Assembly (NCBI GenBank): GCA_036172245.1
Contig: JAYWIR010000001.1
Location: 930,001 to 994,000, forward strand
Length of the DNA: 64,000 nucleotides
Direction: 5' to 3'
Origin: Raillietiella orientalis
Taxonomy: Eukaryota
Each line of letters starts with the position of its first letter. Within the stretch, counting starts at the first letter, position 1. The notes beneath the pieces are model-generated. The model searched no databases. It had not been told where the DNA came from and worked only from the letters and a program-made list of their open reading frames with translations. A program made the position numbers and the translations under genes. Shown here piece after piece: positions 27,425 through 39,552 of the stretch.

Positions 27425-27570
27425 TTTCCTTTTCCCTTTTGGTTTCGAGAATCACTGCTTTCGGGAAAAAAAACAATATTCCCCCACCCCACCCCCTCCT
27501 AACGAGGATTTCCTTGTGACAAAATTGCTGTGGTCGTACACCGATGTACAGTTTGTGCTCTTCCCGTCAG

Positions 27571-28006
27571 GACGAGCTTTACTGTGCCACCAGTGCAATT
27601 CCATGGAGACCTCGGCGTGCTCCGACCCGTTCGGCAACTCCAGCGCGACTCTGGTGGACTGCAGCGGCACGCCATCCAGGGTTCAGGGCAAGCGCGATGC
27701 GCCCCCGACGTCCTGCAGGAAGATAGTCCAGAAAGGTCAGTGGGGGTCGATCCATCTCCAGCTGTAGAGCCTTGTGATCCAGTGATGGGTTCCGTCCGCT
27801 ACTTTCGCAGCTGCGGGTGGATAAACGAAACCGGTTCACGTGATCAGTGCAAAGTACGCGCAGGCACGTACGAGGTGCAAGTGACCTACTGCTCATGCGC
27901 AGAAGACGGATGCAATGTTGCTGTTGTTCATAAACCAATTCTTCCTTTATTGATGTTCCCACTCGTATCAAGATGGTTATTTACGAATTGTTTTCCGAAA
28001 GTCTAG
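27571..28006 (+). CDS. crok: Ly6/uPAR (three-finger, quiver family) GPI-anchored protein, crooked-like; exons 27571-27735 and 27783-28006 (143 aa with exon 1)
   Basis: LCHQCNS..SACSDPFGNSSATLVDC..SCRKIVQK|VMGSVRYFRSCG..CKVRAGTY..YCSCAEDGCN followed by a hydrophobic tail. It has 10 canonical cysteines. It closely parallels my recollection of Drosophila Crooked (CRKIRQKV..WRYFRSC..CTC..DGCN). Confidence 0.85.
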
Positions 28007-28287
28007 TTTGGCCCACGAAGTTAGTAATCAAATAGAGGAAAGTCCGTCTGATGACGAAATCCCCCCCTCCTCCCCTCCAAAAAAAAAAAACAAACAAACC
28101 AAAAAAAATAATAATAATAACTCAGACATGTGCACGCAGGGATATTTTAGAGAAATGTTTTTCTTTTTTGTTTCTCCCTCCTTCTAGAATTGGAATTATT
28201 TCACTGGGTGCGACTGTCTAGTCTTCGAGATTGGCAGCAAAAAAGTCCATGTTGATTGTGTTGCCTTAGATCATTACTCACTGCCTC

Positions 28288-28293
28288 AATAAA
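28288..28293 (+). promoter_or_regulatory. Candidate polyadenylation signal of the crok-like gene
   Basis: AATAAA about 280 nt after the stop codon. Confidence 0.45.
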
Positions 28294-28689
28294 GGAACAA
28301 TAAGTACACTATTCTTGGAGAAATGCACTTGAGGTTGAAATGGTGTGTGAAAGGTGACAGACACGCCCTCTTTCTAACTGGATAGAAATTGTGATCACTC
28401 TCTGGTTACCATAGGAAACGCATCGAAACCCACGTTTGGGAGCTTGGCCAGTTGCGTAGTGGTCCACCGCTGAGGTAGCTGCTGAGAATGCGAATTCTCG
28501 TTTCTTCGCTGATTCCTCGTTTTACAAATAAACGGTTTTTGCTTTTGTGATGTGCTCATTATGGAAAAGCTCATCTGGAATTCGTTGGTTCTGAGTGAAT
28601 GGACGTCCAGTAAATACTGGACTTCTGTCAAATCGAGCGCATCTCTTAGCATGGACAAAGAAAGAAAGACCCAAACCATTTCATCATTT

Positions 28690-30209
28690 CCATACTTCTT
28701 AAAACGTGTCTGGGGGAAGGAGTTTTCAACGCTCGGGTTGCAGTGCAGCAACTGTTTTCAGTTCCCGCGATTGTAAGGAGAGAGACTCTTGGACATCATG
28801 GACGGGAGGGATATCGGATCGACTTCGGTCACTCTCGACGCTTCCCGTTCAGGAGCAGCCAGAATTGGCTTGCACATCAGCTTTCTTGAGAAGTCCTCGT
28901 AGGGGTTGGTTCTGGCAGGTCCTCTCGTGAATCCCGTGCCCTGTTATCATCGTGATGGCTCGATACCACCCACCATCCCTAACATGCATTACCTTGATTT
29001 CGTCGTTATGTTCTCTCACGTTTTCTCTCTCTCTCTCTATCCTAAGCACAAAATAATGCTTTGACAGCACGTAATTACGGCACACTTTTTTACACCTGAA
29101 TGGAGACGAATCCAAAATACCAAAAGTGCAGTAAGCTTTGCCCGACACTGTTTTGCCACGTTACTGCAGTAGCCAACCACCCCTACCCCCCTACTCCGGG
29201 ACGAAAAGCAACTTGCAGATCCAAGAGTTACGCTGTCCTTTACAGACTTGTTACTTCCTTTAAGTCCATCTGCACTTTGTCCGTAACTACGACACAAGAA
29301 AAACACCACAGGAGTCTTTGGATCATGAAAGGATCCTTGCTCTGAGGAATTCTCTGAGGTGTGCACGCATTCGTAACGTCGAGAGAGCACGTGGTGTCAG
29401 GGAAAACACACACACACACACACACGTGATATTGATTAAAGCAATCCAACCACAGATTAACTGAAACCTGTGAAACTTCGATGTTTAAAGCCTCCTTCAA
29501 GAAAGTGTCCTCGAAGTGCACTCGGCGCTAACAAATTTCAAAGGTAAGCATCCCTCTTTTGATGAGAGGGTGGAAACTTCTCGGGCAAACAACAAAAAAA
29601 AACATCCATCGAAAGAAGCTGAAGCTCGATTCGAACCGCTGGTCGTAGGCGGTCTCGACGGCCGATTGTAGGCCATCGAAGCAGCACGCAACTCGGGAAA
29701 CATTCCCACAGGCGCAGGTTCCCTCCTTCGCTACAAGGTGGCAAGTGTGGCTCACAAGCAAATCTTTCATCGTTCACCATCGTTCGTTTTCAGCCCGCTG
29801 TGGTCAGTTCCGTGTGTTGGTAGACACAGTGCCGAAAGCACAGACTGGGGATCCAGATTCCTTAGCCGAAGAACCTCTTACGAGGAAGCCAGCCGGAAGG
29901 GTGACTGGTTGTCGCATTCAAGCACTGTCGCTGCTTCCCTGAACAAGGAACTGGTACCCTTCATTGAAACCAAGCCACCCTTCACGCAAAAGTACAGTAC
30001 CTTTGGCTCCAGGACCGGAACTCAGATGAAAAGCCGAAATCAGCTCAAAACCACGTGGAAAGGAAGAGGAGCTCCACCGGAAATTGAAGATCTCTGAAGT
30101 CGCCTCAAACGGAAACAGAGGAAGGGTACCGGAACCGAACAGCACATCCTCCGGATGAATGATTCACCCCGATCGGCGGATCTCAAGATCGAGTGAGCAG
30201 CCCACATGC

Positions 30210-30244
<35 letters not shown>

Positions 30245-31300
30245 TCGAAATTCATCCGTTCCCAGGACCTCTGCAGTCGAGATCTTCAGCTTAACCTTTT
30301 GACAGCCTGAGGGGCGAGGATGAATACGTGACTCCAGTCGAACCATGTGTGGAAGTATGTCGAAGATCCAATTCAGTTCACTTGGTTATGATCATTTTCG
30401 TAAGCCGAGCTTGCAGCCTACGTATGGTTCGGACTCTTATTCACAGCTTGTGCATGCTGCGGGCTCTTGACTGGAAGCTTGCTTCTTGACGCGCTCCTCG
30501 TTTCCAAAGTAACCATCCTCTTTTCACATAGTCTCTTGTTGTCCATAACGCTTCCAAATAGTAGAACAAAGATCCTTCTAAGCAGTGAAGCCAGCGATGG
30601 TCAGTTTTCCGAATCTGTTTATTACCTTCTTTTTCTGCTGACTTCAGCATACCCTCATAGTTTCCCAAACGACTTGCTCGTTTCCAAGGTGACTTTCCCT
30701 AAAATCCAACATTCTTCGTTTGGATAAGGGTCTGAAATTGTCTATCTCTAGGGAGGAATGTCTGATTTGATACCGTCTGAACGCAAACTCCTTTCAAAAC
30801 ACACAGTGCTAAACACTGTGTGCTTACAAGTTGATGCTCGATTTCCGTATTTCGGTATCTATAACGGATACGGAGACCAACTCCTGAGGAGATTTCTTCG
30901 ACGCAGATGCCCATTGACGAATCGTGGTCATTAAGTTTCGGTGACTGAGTCCACGTCTTCTGGGTGATCTGAAATTGGCAGAAAACTGAAGGTTCTCTTC
31001 ACGTTCAGAAACACGAACCCCATTTCTTCTCCTTCTTCGTATTTAATTTCTTGAGCTCCGTACGAATGCAAGCTTGTACACCTCCATTGCTCTGCATAAT
31101 GGGATGATGATTTGCACCATAGGTAGGAAGCCACCACAGTCGCTTTACTGAGTGAGAGGCGACTGCCTTGGACAGAATTTACAGCTCTTCAGCGTAACTG
31201 GAAGGCGTTCTCACTTTCATGATCCGACAACCACGGTACTCGCCCTTAGATTGAAGTCGCTCCCTCAGGTCGCAGGCGTCGTGAAATCGAAGGAAGAGGG
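28690..31300 (-). mobile_element. Decayed CR1/L2-type LINE RT and C-terminal relic (interrupted)
   Basis: Ordered minus-strand remnants: FVFLNVKRTFS (FLDxxKAFD), ISSGVG (SGVPQG), TLGSASCFSS (LEYASxxWSP), RAITMITG, NSFPQTR (NSFFxR). Confidence 0.4.
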
Positions 31301-34300
31301 GGGAAAGAAGTTGGGAGGCACTTTTTGGTAATGCTCGAACTGCACCAGCAGGAGTGAATTGCGGCACTTTTCTGGCCAAGCGAGAGCTCGTTCCAAAACA
31401 GTGGCGACGCACGGCTGGAACTGCATCCAGAGATTTCGTGGAAGCCCTGGAAGGATGTGGGGGAAACGGCGTTCCGGCTGCCCTTGAGTTTTCCAAGTCG
31501 GTGCAGCTGAAGAAAAGATGAGGTTCGCGCTGGATTCCGGTCGTTTGCTCTTGGCTGTGAGATTGTGCTACGTAACCGATCTAGATCACGGGGCTGCTGC
31601 AACTTGACCTTGACCAGACACGAACGATTGCATTCATCCAGTTCCTAGGCGTGCGTCGATGTTTAATCACGTACCAATCATGTAATCTTCCCGGTTGCAA
31701 ATTTCTTTGGCAAGAAAAGATAACGAGCCTCAGAGTCACGTAGTAAAGTAATACGGCGTGGATGGGGACCGAGAGACCTTTGCAACTTTCGAGCTGATTT
31801 TTCTCAGCAAGCATTCCGTGTCATTTGTTTTTGTTTTTTCTTCTTTTCTTTCCTTTTTGTGCTTTATGAAATCATTTGATTAGATAAGCGAATGCTCAAG
31901 CAAATTCGAGAGTTTTGTTCGCGTTCCCGTCTCCAGATATCCATCGTTGACAGATAATGCAGGGACTTGCGCTGGCTAATCAAAAACAGCATTTATGTAG
32001 CTTGTTTTGGTGTGCTTTTTCAGTGTGAGACCAGCATCGACACACAAACAGGTCCGATGGGGAGGGGGGGGGGGGAAGAATTTCAGTGGATGGCTCGAAT
32101 TTCATTTTCTCGAAAAGTCACCAAGATTCTTCAAGTTCTAACATGATTCAGCACAACGTCAACTAAGAAAACCTGTCAAAATCAGCAGTTCCTAGTTCAA
32201 AGTCCCCGTTTGTTCTTCCTAACAAAATGGTATTCATGAGGAAGTTGACACAGTATCTTTATGGAATACATTTAAATGCCCAATGTTCTCAATGATCAAT
32301 AAAATAAAGCACAGAATAAAGGTTTGTTAAAAAGATTCTTCCTATTTTTTTTCCTCTCTCCATTGATAGTCGTTACTTCATTATGTTTGGTTAATTAAAG
32401 TAAACTACAGAATGGTCCTTGAAATGCTGGCAATAATCCTTAATCGTGCTTGTTCCCAATTTGAAAAAGTTCTCGATCACATGCGACATTTCGTTGAATA
32501 CGCCCGCGAACTTTCGCAAATGGCGACACACAGTCATACCAAATGGAGAACTTTTGCATAAGCTCCTGGTCTGCAAGAACCATGATTTTCAGGTTTACGT
32601 GTGACGTTCCCAGTACTGAATTCTTTGATGACCACTTTTTTTCCCAGCCTTTCCAAGTCTTGATAGACTGTCATGATGTTCTATTGGTTCTGTGCCTTTT
32701 GGTGACATGAATACAGGATGCATTTAAAATTAGCATCTTTAGGAATAGTCATCTTTATTTATGCAAATTCTGTGTAAAGTTATTTGTTGTGCATAGATAT
32801 CATCTTTTAGATGAATTTCCCATTTCTTGTGTTATTCTTGAAAATACGCTGTTTCCTGCACATAAAACTCTGAGAATTTTTTTCATTGTGAGTATATTCA
32901 AAATTTCTGACAACTTATGAAATGCAGTAATAACATTACGGTTTATACTTTCCCATCTCAGTATACTAGTTTCTTAATTACCTCAGACTCAATAGTTTTC
33001 TTGGAGTTATTCCTACCATATCCGATTTTTGACAACACTTTGGGAGTTCGAATTCTAATGTTGATCTATGGGAATCAAAATTAGTTTCAAAGTACTCAAC
33101 TTTGTGACGTTTTTATGTATTTTTGTACATCTTGGTCAGATTTTTTCGGACTATCTCTCTAGAACTGTTTTGAAATCAGTGTATCCTTTTAAATGACTTA
33201 TTTCCGTCATTCTCGTTCATCTTTTCATGCTTGCTTGTCTACATGCTTGTTATTTCTTCGATAATTTATTTCCATTTCCGTTACTGGATGACTTTCGAAA
33301 ACTTCTCACCTCGGTGTTCATCATCATCGTAAGTATGGTTTGAATCCCTATCATCATCGTAAGTATCGTGCAGTTACGTATAGTCGTCTCAAATTTAGAC
33401 GCTTTATGATCATGATTTTTATTTCATTGATAAAAAGGAAAATTGTTTTACAGTTCCATAAAAAGCAGAAAAAGGAAAGAAAGTGAAGAAGTATGGTGCT
33501 TTGATCTTCAATTAAATCTTCACTTTGATCGTAGCCAATCCTAACGTTTTGCCAAATTTTTCAACAGAAGTGATGGACTCATGTAGCTGTAAACAAGGAA
33601 CAATAATCGACTTCCAGGTCACTGAATCTCACATCCCACAGTTTTCTTCATGATTTCAATTCCATAGTTTAAGAGAATGAAACATTTCTCAATACAGATT
33701 TTGAAAAAAGCAAAAAATTAATAAGCATCAACATAAATTGATTCACGATCCTCTGTCTGTTTTAGAATCTAAGGATGCGGATCCAATATTTTTTGCTGAC
33801 TTTCGGTAACTTAGATATTTTGTGATCTCCATTAGAATAAAATGCACCTAGCGAAAATTCATGATGTCGCCATCTTCTGTTTACTAACACCAAATTGAAG
33901 GAAGTATAAAGTGATAAAATAGAGAAAGCATGTTCCAGTTCCTTGGAAATATTTTGTGCATTTTTGAATCGTCTATATATATTTAAAGTGTAACTACAGA
34001 AAGTTTCAACATTGTTCCAGTTCCTATTTCGAACCATGTGGTTTATTTGATGGCATGGTGCTCAGAGATTCCCTGGAAGCAGCTGTTAAGTTGTCCAGAA
34101 AGATGCTGGCTCATCTTTATGATACGAAGACCACAAGAGATTGTTCTTTCCAAGATCATTTTCCCGTGATTTACTAACCTTTGTATGCATTTCATCTACT
34201 GGCAAATCATTAAATGTAATTTGGTTCTTCCAATAATAGATTCACTTTTTGTAACTTCTGAGCCGATTATTGATAATTATATTCCTAGGTTTGTGACACT

Positions 34301-35666
34301 CCTAGTTCTTTATTATCCTTTATTACCAAAAATTATCATTATTATCATCAAGTTTCTCTCTTGTGGTTCAATATCCTCTAGAATAATCGAAAAAAGTAAA
34401 AAATAATCTTGAACAAAAATAGGAATTTAGTTTTCATCATAAATAAGTGTATTTTCATATTTCTGGTATTCCATATCTTGCCTTCATTTAAGTTTTTGAA
34501 ATTCATGGGGTACTGATGGAATTTGCAGGTGACTCAAACTTAACAGCAAAACACTTCATTATAAAATTTATAAGTACTTTATAAATCACCAGCAAATTCA
34601 ATGTCGATGATTACCTTATTGATTTACATAAGATAGGGCTTATCTGAGAAGAAGAATTTAACTTTTTTATTTGACCATTCCTTTTTTCCTGAAACAGATT
34701 GTTTAAATACTCATTTCATACAATACTTATTTATCCATATAATACTATTCCTTCTAATGATATTAGCTTATCGAGATTTCGCTGTATTTTTCTAGTGCCT
34801 TGAGGTTAATAAATAAATGTTAAAAACTCTAATTCGATAACGCAAAATGTGTAACACTTGCTTTCAATGTATTTTGTCAAAAGATATGTAGTTTTTTCAC
34901 GTCAGAGTTTGTCGATTTCTTCTCACGAATTGTGAAGATGAGCTCTTATACTGATATTAAAACTATTTACAAGGATACCTTAATTTTCTTCGGAATGAAA
35001 GTACTATAAAAAATAATTAAAATGATCAAATTTATCGGTAAATACTTTATTAAGAAATACAGTTTTGAAGCCTAAACATATTAATGATGCTAATATCACA
35101 TTTGTTTCCTGAAAGGATCCGGAAGGGCCAACTCTTAATCCCTACACATCTGTTTGAGTTCCCTATTTGCACTCGGATCATAACTTTGTTAATTTAATTA
35201 AATGATTTCTTCGATGAAAATCTTTCATTGAGTTTCCAGACATTAATGCTGAAAACTGAAATGTTCACAGATGTGAGCAACTTTGGATTGGCATCCCTGT
35301 CAGTACTATGAATGTTTGATTTGGGGTACATTGGGAAATTCAGACCCCACGAAGGTGTTTGTCAAATTGGCAGAATACACCTTTGCAAAATGATACTTTT
35401 GGTTAAAAATCATTCATGGAATGACCATCGTACAAGAGAATGCACGAGGATTTTCTGTAATCTTTTAAAGTGTATAGTTGCCCCATGGACATCTCCAGAG
35501 AGAAGCATCTGAGTTCAAAATTAGATTGTGAATCAGAACCATTATTCACGTTAAAACAGGTTAGCGACGGTAAATCACGTTTTCAATCATCGTTTTTTCA
35601 AGCTGTTATTTAGGTAAAATATTTACTGATACAAGCAAGAAGTAGTTTCATATATTGGGAATCGGC

Positions 35667-38123
35667 ATGGAAAACCAAACTGGTACCGGCGAAAGTGCAG
35701 AGAGGTTGAGAATTCATATTAAAAAATAGTATACTATGGCTCCTTCGTAGTTCTGCTTACTGGCTGAGTGTTCATCATGATGGAACAACCAAAGTTACAA
35801 CGTTTTCGTCATGTTTAGCATTAGCTGATGTATATGGAAATGATGATTACAAATTTTGTTTGATAGATTTTGGAGAAAACTTTAATGATTTTAAGTTGAT
35901 TGTAAGCGCTCAATTAAGACTATTTCATATTTTTTTTTTTAAATACAATAAGCTTCTGCAAAAACTATACATGCTAAGTGTAACAATTGTAGACTCTATT
36001 GTGAATCTCGATTTATGACAAGACACTAATTTGTTTAAAATGTATTTAGGTTTTTAAAGGTTTATCTGTCCATTCAGTTCAGAAATTGACAAGTTTTCCC
36101 TCTGCACTTCTGACATTTTATGCAGATTCTATTCCCCCCAAATTGCCTGGTAAGCATATTGTTCTTTGGATTACACATTGCTTTGAGTTTCATGAGTTCC
36201 CATTGTAATATCAATGCAGTGTATGTGCAAGTTCTTTTGTAGTTGTAGCTGTTGCCTGTGGATCTGATGTGCTAATTTATAAAAATATGAAATCTTATTA
36301 CAAATATTCTTTACCACTATTAGAAGCGAGTTTGGAAGAAAAGGAAATTTGGTAAGTGTGCTAATTATACATTCAGCAATTTATTCGTATATAAAGGAAT
36401 AAAGGCAAACCATCAAAAGTAGGTGTTTCAACTTTGAGAGACTCTTTATTGAAGCTAGTTGATGAACAAGGTATAGATGCTCTTAGCACAAAGAGTAAAA
36501 ACTTTTTGTCCTTGACATCTGAGTTAGCAATGATTCAGTTTGTTCAGGAAGAAAACTCTTTACCCTTGTTCTTGGAAAATACGATTACTTGTATGCTCAG
36601 TCTCAAAAAAAATCAATCAGAAGTTGATGCTGTTTCATGCTTGGTTATAGGAACTGAAAATGGAAAAATCTTTATTCTGGATCCGGTGGCTTTCACTGTT
36701 ATGTTGACAGTAAGGGACTCAATGTGCTGATTATATTTGTCTGCAGACTGAAATAGATGCTGTACCCTTAGAACTTCATAGCACTGGGTTATATAGTGTA
36801 GATTTTGCTATTTTGATCCTATGTCGTGATGCCTCTGTTTATTTACTAACCAAAGGATCAGCCAAAGCAAAAATGTTATTTATTTGCCCTTCTTGGATCA
36901 TCCACGGACGAATCATAAAGCGACATATTTTTGTGGCTTGCAGGGATGAGCCACTTTTGTGTTACAATTTTGAGGTAAGAAAGCTATAAATTAAAAAGAT
37001 TATAAAATTATTCAGGGAAAACTACTAAAATCTAATCACATGGATGCTCCTATAACCACTATGGCATTAATGGAAGTAGTATGTGTCAACCTCAGTTTGC
37101 TTTTAGTAGCATTGCAGAATCAAACTTTGTGTATATATTGTGATGGTGTGCTTGTCAATTCAAGCAGCACAGAAGGCACTGTAGCAGCTATGACATGTGG
37201 TCGCTATGGTCGAGAGGAGAACACCGTTCTGATGATTACTACAGGTGTGTAAGTGTGTGTGTGTGTGTGTTTTTTGTTTTAAATGCTTGCTATCTAGAAG
37301 GCGATCTGCTGATTAAAATTTTGAGGAGGGCAGCAACTATATGTCTGAATTCATGTGCTGAAACGACTGATTGTCTGGTTCACTTTGGGATTCCAGAAAA
37401 GACAGCAACTTTCATGAATCTTGTAGATGAGGAGCGATGTAATCCTCGAGGTGAAACAGAATAGAAATGCCATTAGATCCTTGAATGAAATCATATCTAG
37501 TTATATATGAAGGTTTGCGTACAGATTTGCTGCAAATGAAAGTGGTCACCACGAGAGCTTATTTTGAGATGTTGACAGAAAAGGCATCTGTAGGCAGTTT
37601 GCAACTTCCACTTCAGCTCTCTGCTCAGGTGATTTACCATAAGATTGGACAGGCTCACATCTTGCACTTGCACTTTTATTCACTTTGAGATTTAGAAAAT
37701 CTTAGTGTGCCCAGTTGTGAGTCCACAGAATTTTTTTTGGAAATGTTATAAAATTGGATCTTTCAATGCAGGTGGTATGGCAAGGCCTGAAACTTCAGAT
37801 CCAGATGCAGGTGACTAACATGTCTGCAGTTGCAATTTCAGAGAATCTGTTTTTGACTTGCTTTTATAATCCTACACAGTATCATGTCATTCACAATTAT
37901 TTGCCGGTAGGAAATTAAAAAAAAAAAAGAAAAAAATCACAAATTCTTTTAGCTTGGGTTACTAGAACCCCACATTACATATCACCTTAATTTCAATATC
38001 AGCTGCCATGGTGACAGTTACACAGAAGGTGAAATTGAAATAAGACTTGCATATTCCGAGAATGGGGAACCTGTTGCTGTGTTGCCTCTTGCTATCCCCA
38101 ATGCAACTGGTTGCAGCTCCTGA
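35667..38123 (+). CDS. BBS1: Bardet-Biedl syndrome 1 protein (BBSome subunit); 11 exons: 35667-35704, 35751-35901, 36050-36149, 36243-36351, 36397-36709, 36747-36974, 37016-37244, 37298-37450, 37501-37628, 37772-37906, 37953-38123; 584 aa
   Basis: All introns are GT-AG with consistent phases and give a continuous 1755-nt frame. Diagnostic motifs: FSSCLALAD..DDYK, IYKNMKSYYKYSLP, LKKNQSEVDAVSCLVIGTENG, GRYGREEN, LLIKILRR. Confidence 0.93.
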
Positions 38124-38180
38124 AATATTGCATGTTGATGAAGCAAGAAAATTTATTTATTTATTTCATCTCTAGCTGGA

Positions 38181-38186
38181 AATAAA
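38181..38186 (+). promoter_or_regulatory. Candidate BBS1 polyadenylation signal
   Basis: AATAAA 57 nt after the BBS1 stop codon. Confidence 0.5.
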
Positions 38187-39552
38187 ATGAAAGTAGCTGT
38201 AAAACTTGAGTGGAAAAAAAAAAAAAAAAAAAAATGCATTGTTTTTGCATTTCACTTAATGTTTTTGTTAATTTTGACTTAGAACTGTTAAGGCTTAAGA
38301 AATGTATTTTATAAAGATTAATTGCAAGAAATATTCATTCCTTATTAGATGGTGAAGTTTGATTCTATATGTAATCATCACTCACTAGGAATATTGAGGC
38401 AGATTGCTGAAGTTTGTGGCATTTTCCAAGAAATAACACATGGATATTTCGTTTTATCCATTCATTATGCTTAGTTGGGAATGCAACTGATGAGTTAATG
38501 TAAAGGCTGAATGCAATGTGTGGAGCAATGTGTGAAATATTGAATTCACTCATTAAAAGTCCGATTTTCCCAAAGCACGTGCACATCCTTCGTTATGTAA
38601 CTTTCATCCTGATGATTCCATAAAGTATGCAGTAGTTAATTGTTGGAGTTTAAGAATTCCTAACAATAACTGTTTTGGAGATGACATGCCAGTCATATGA
38701 ATACTGTTGTTTTGTAGGTGTTTACTGCAATATCCCAAATTAATTTCTAAAGCATCAAGCAAGCATTATCTTTTAAGGTACACGTTATTTGAGAAAACCT
38801 TAAAGAAAAGTTAACGTTTACGAAACTAAAAATAACTTTGCATTTATTTTTTTTAATGCTAGTATTGAATTTCATAGCATTCACACCTAATCTGGGTATT
38901 TAACATTACACATGTACAAGGATATCAATTATAACTTTAAAAGACCCTGAAGGTTGTTCAGGGTTGTATGTACTCTTACGTACATAGATAATATGTACTT
39001 CACACATGCATTAATTCACAAGTACTTACATAAAGAAATCAAAACAGCAAAAAACATTTGGTTACAATGTTCTCCAAATGTTTAGTAACAATTTGCCATC
39101 ATGCAATGAGGCTCCAAATGAAATTAAACCTGCTGATGGTAGCTTCATGCTGGAATGGCAACAACTGCTATTTGAGCACATGTTTAGTTTCACATATGTG
39201 GGAAGGTAGGGAGACAAGGGGCATGCTAACAGGATTTCTGCTTTAGTTCAAATTATTAGTTTTATGTGTTCCAGGAAAAAATTCCATGGAGATGATTATC
39301 AATGATAATCTGCAAACCATCTTCAGGATGCTAAAAACCCTTTTAACAATACTGTAGCATCCTTCTAATCAACAAAGTGTTCAATGCACATAAAGTGCTG
39401 TAAACAAAACATACTTAAACAATTGGTTGCTTCTACTTCGAATTAGACATTGGCATTTCGAACACTTTCACTTTGTATGCTTAAAAGATGATTGATTTGC
39501 TTCCACGTGACTCAGTAAGCAAATTTAAGCAGTAACAAGTCGACGGGGTTAT

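Noticed and set aside
27571-28006. Calling the Ly6 gene quiver/sleepless itself
   Set aside because: CRKIVQKV..VRYFRSC and C..R.G.Y fit the crooked subgroup better. Orthology remains unverified.
28048-28059. Hammerhead ribozyme core ctgatgacgaaa
   Set aside because: No stem II and no flanking stems I/III with a properly placed NUH site.
32300-35400. Gene or transposase in the AT-rich block upstream of BBS1
   Set aside because: Only faint transposase-like words (VIENFFKL, TWFE..TMLK), with no consistent frame or splice chain.
35736-35750. ATG at 35736 as the BBS1 start
   Set aside because: It is followed by an in-frame TAG and lies within the 46-nt intron 1. The ATG at 35667 gives the correct phase.
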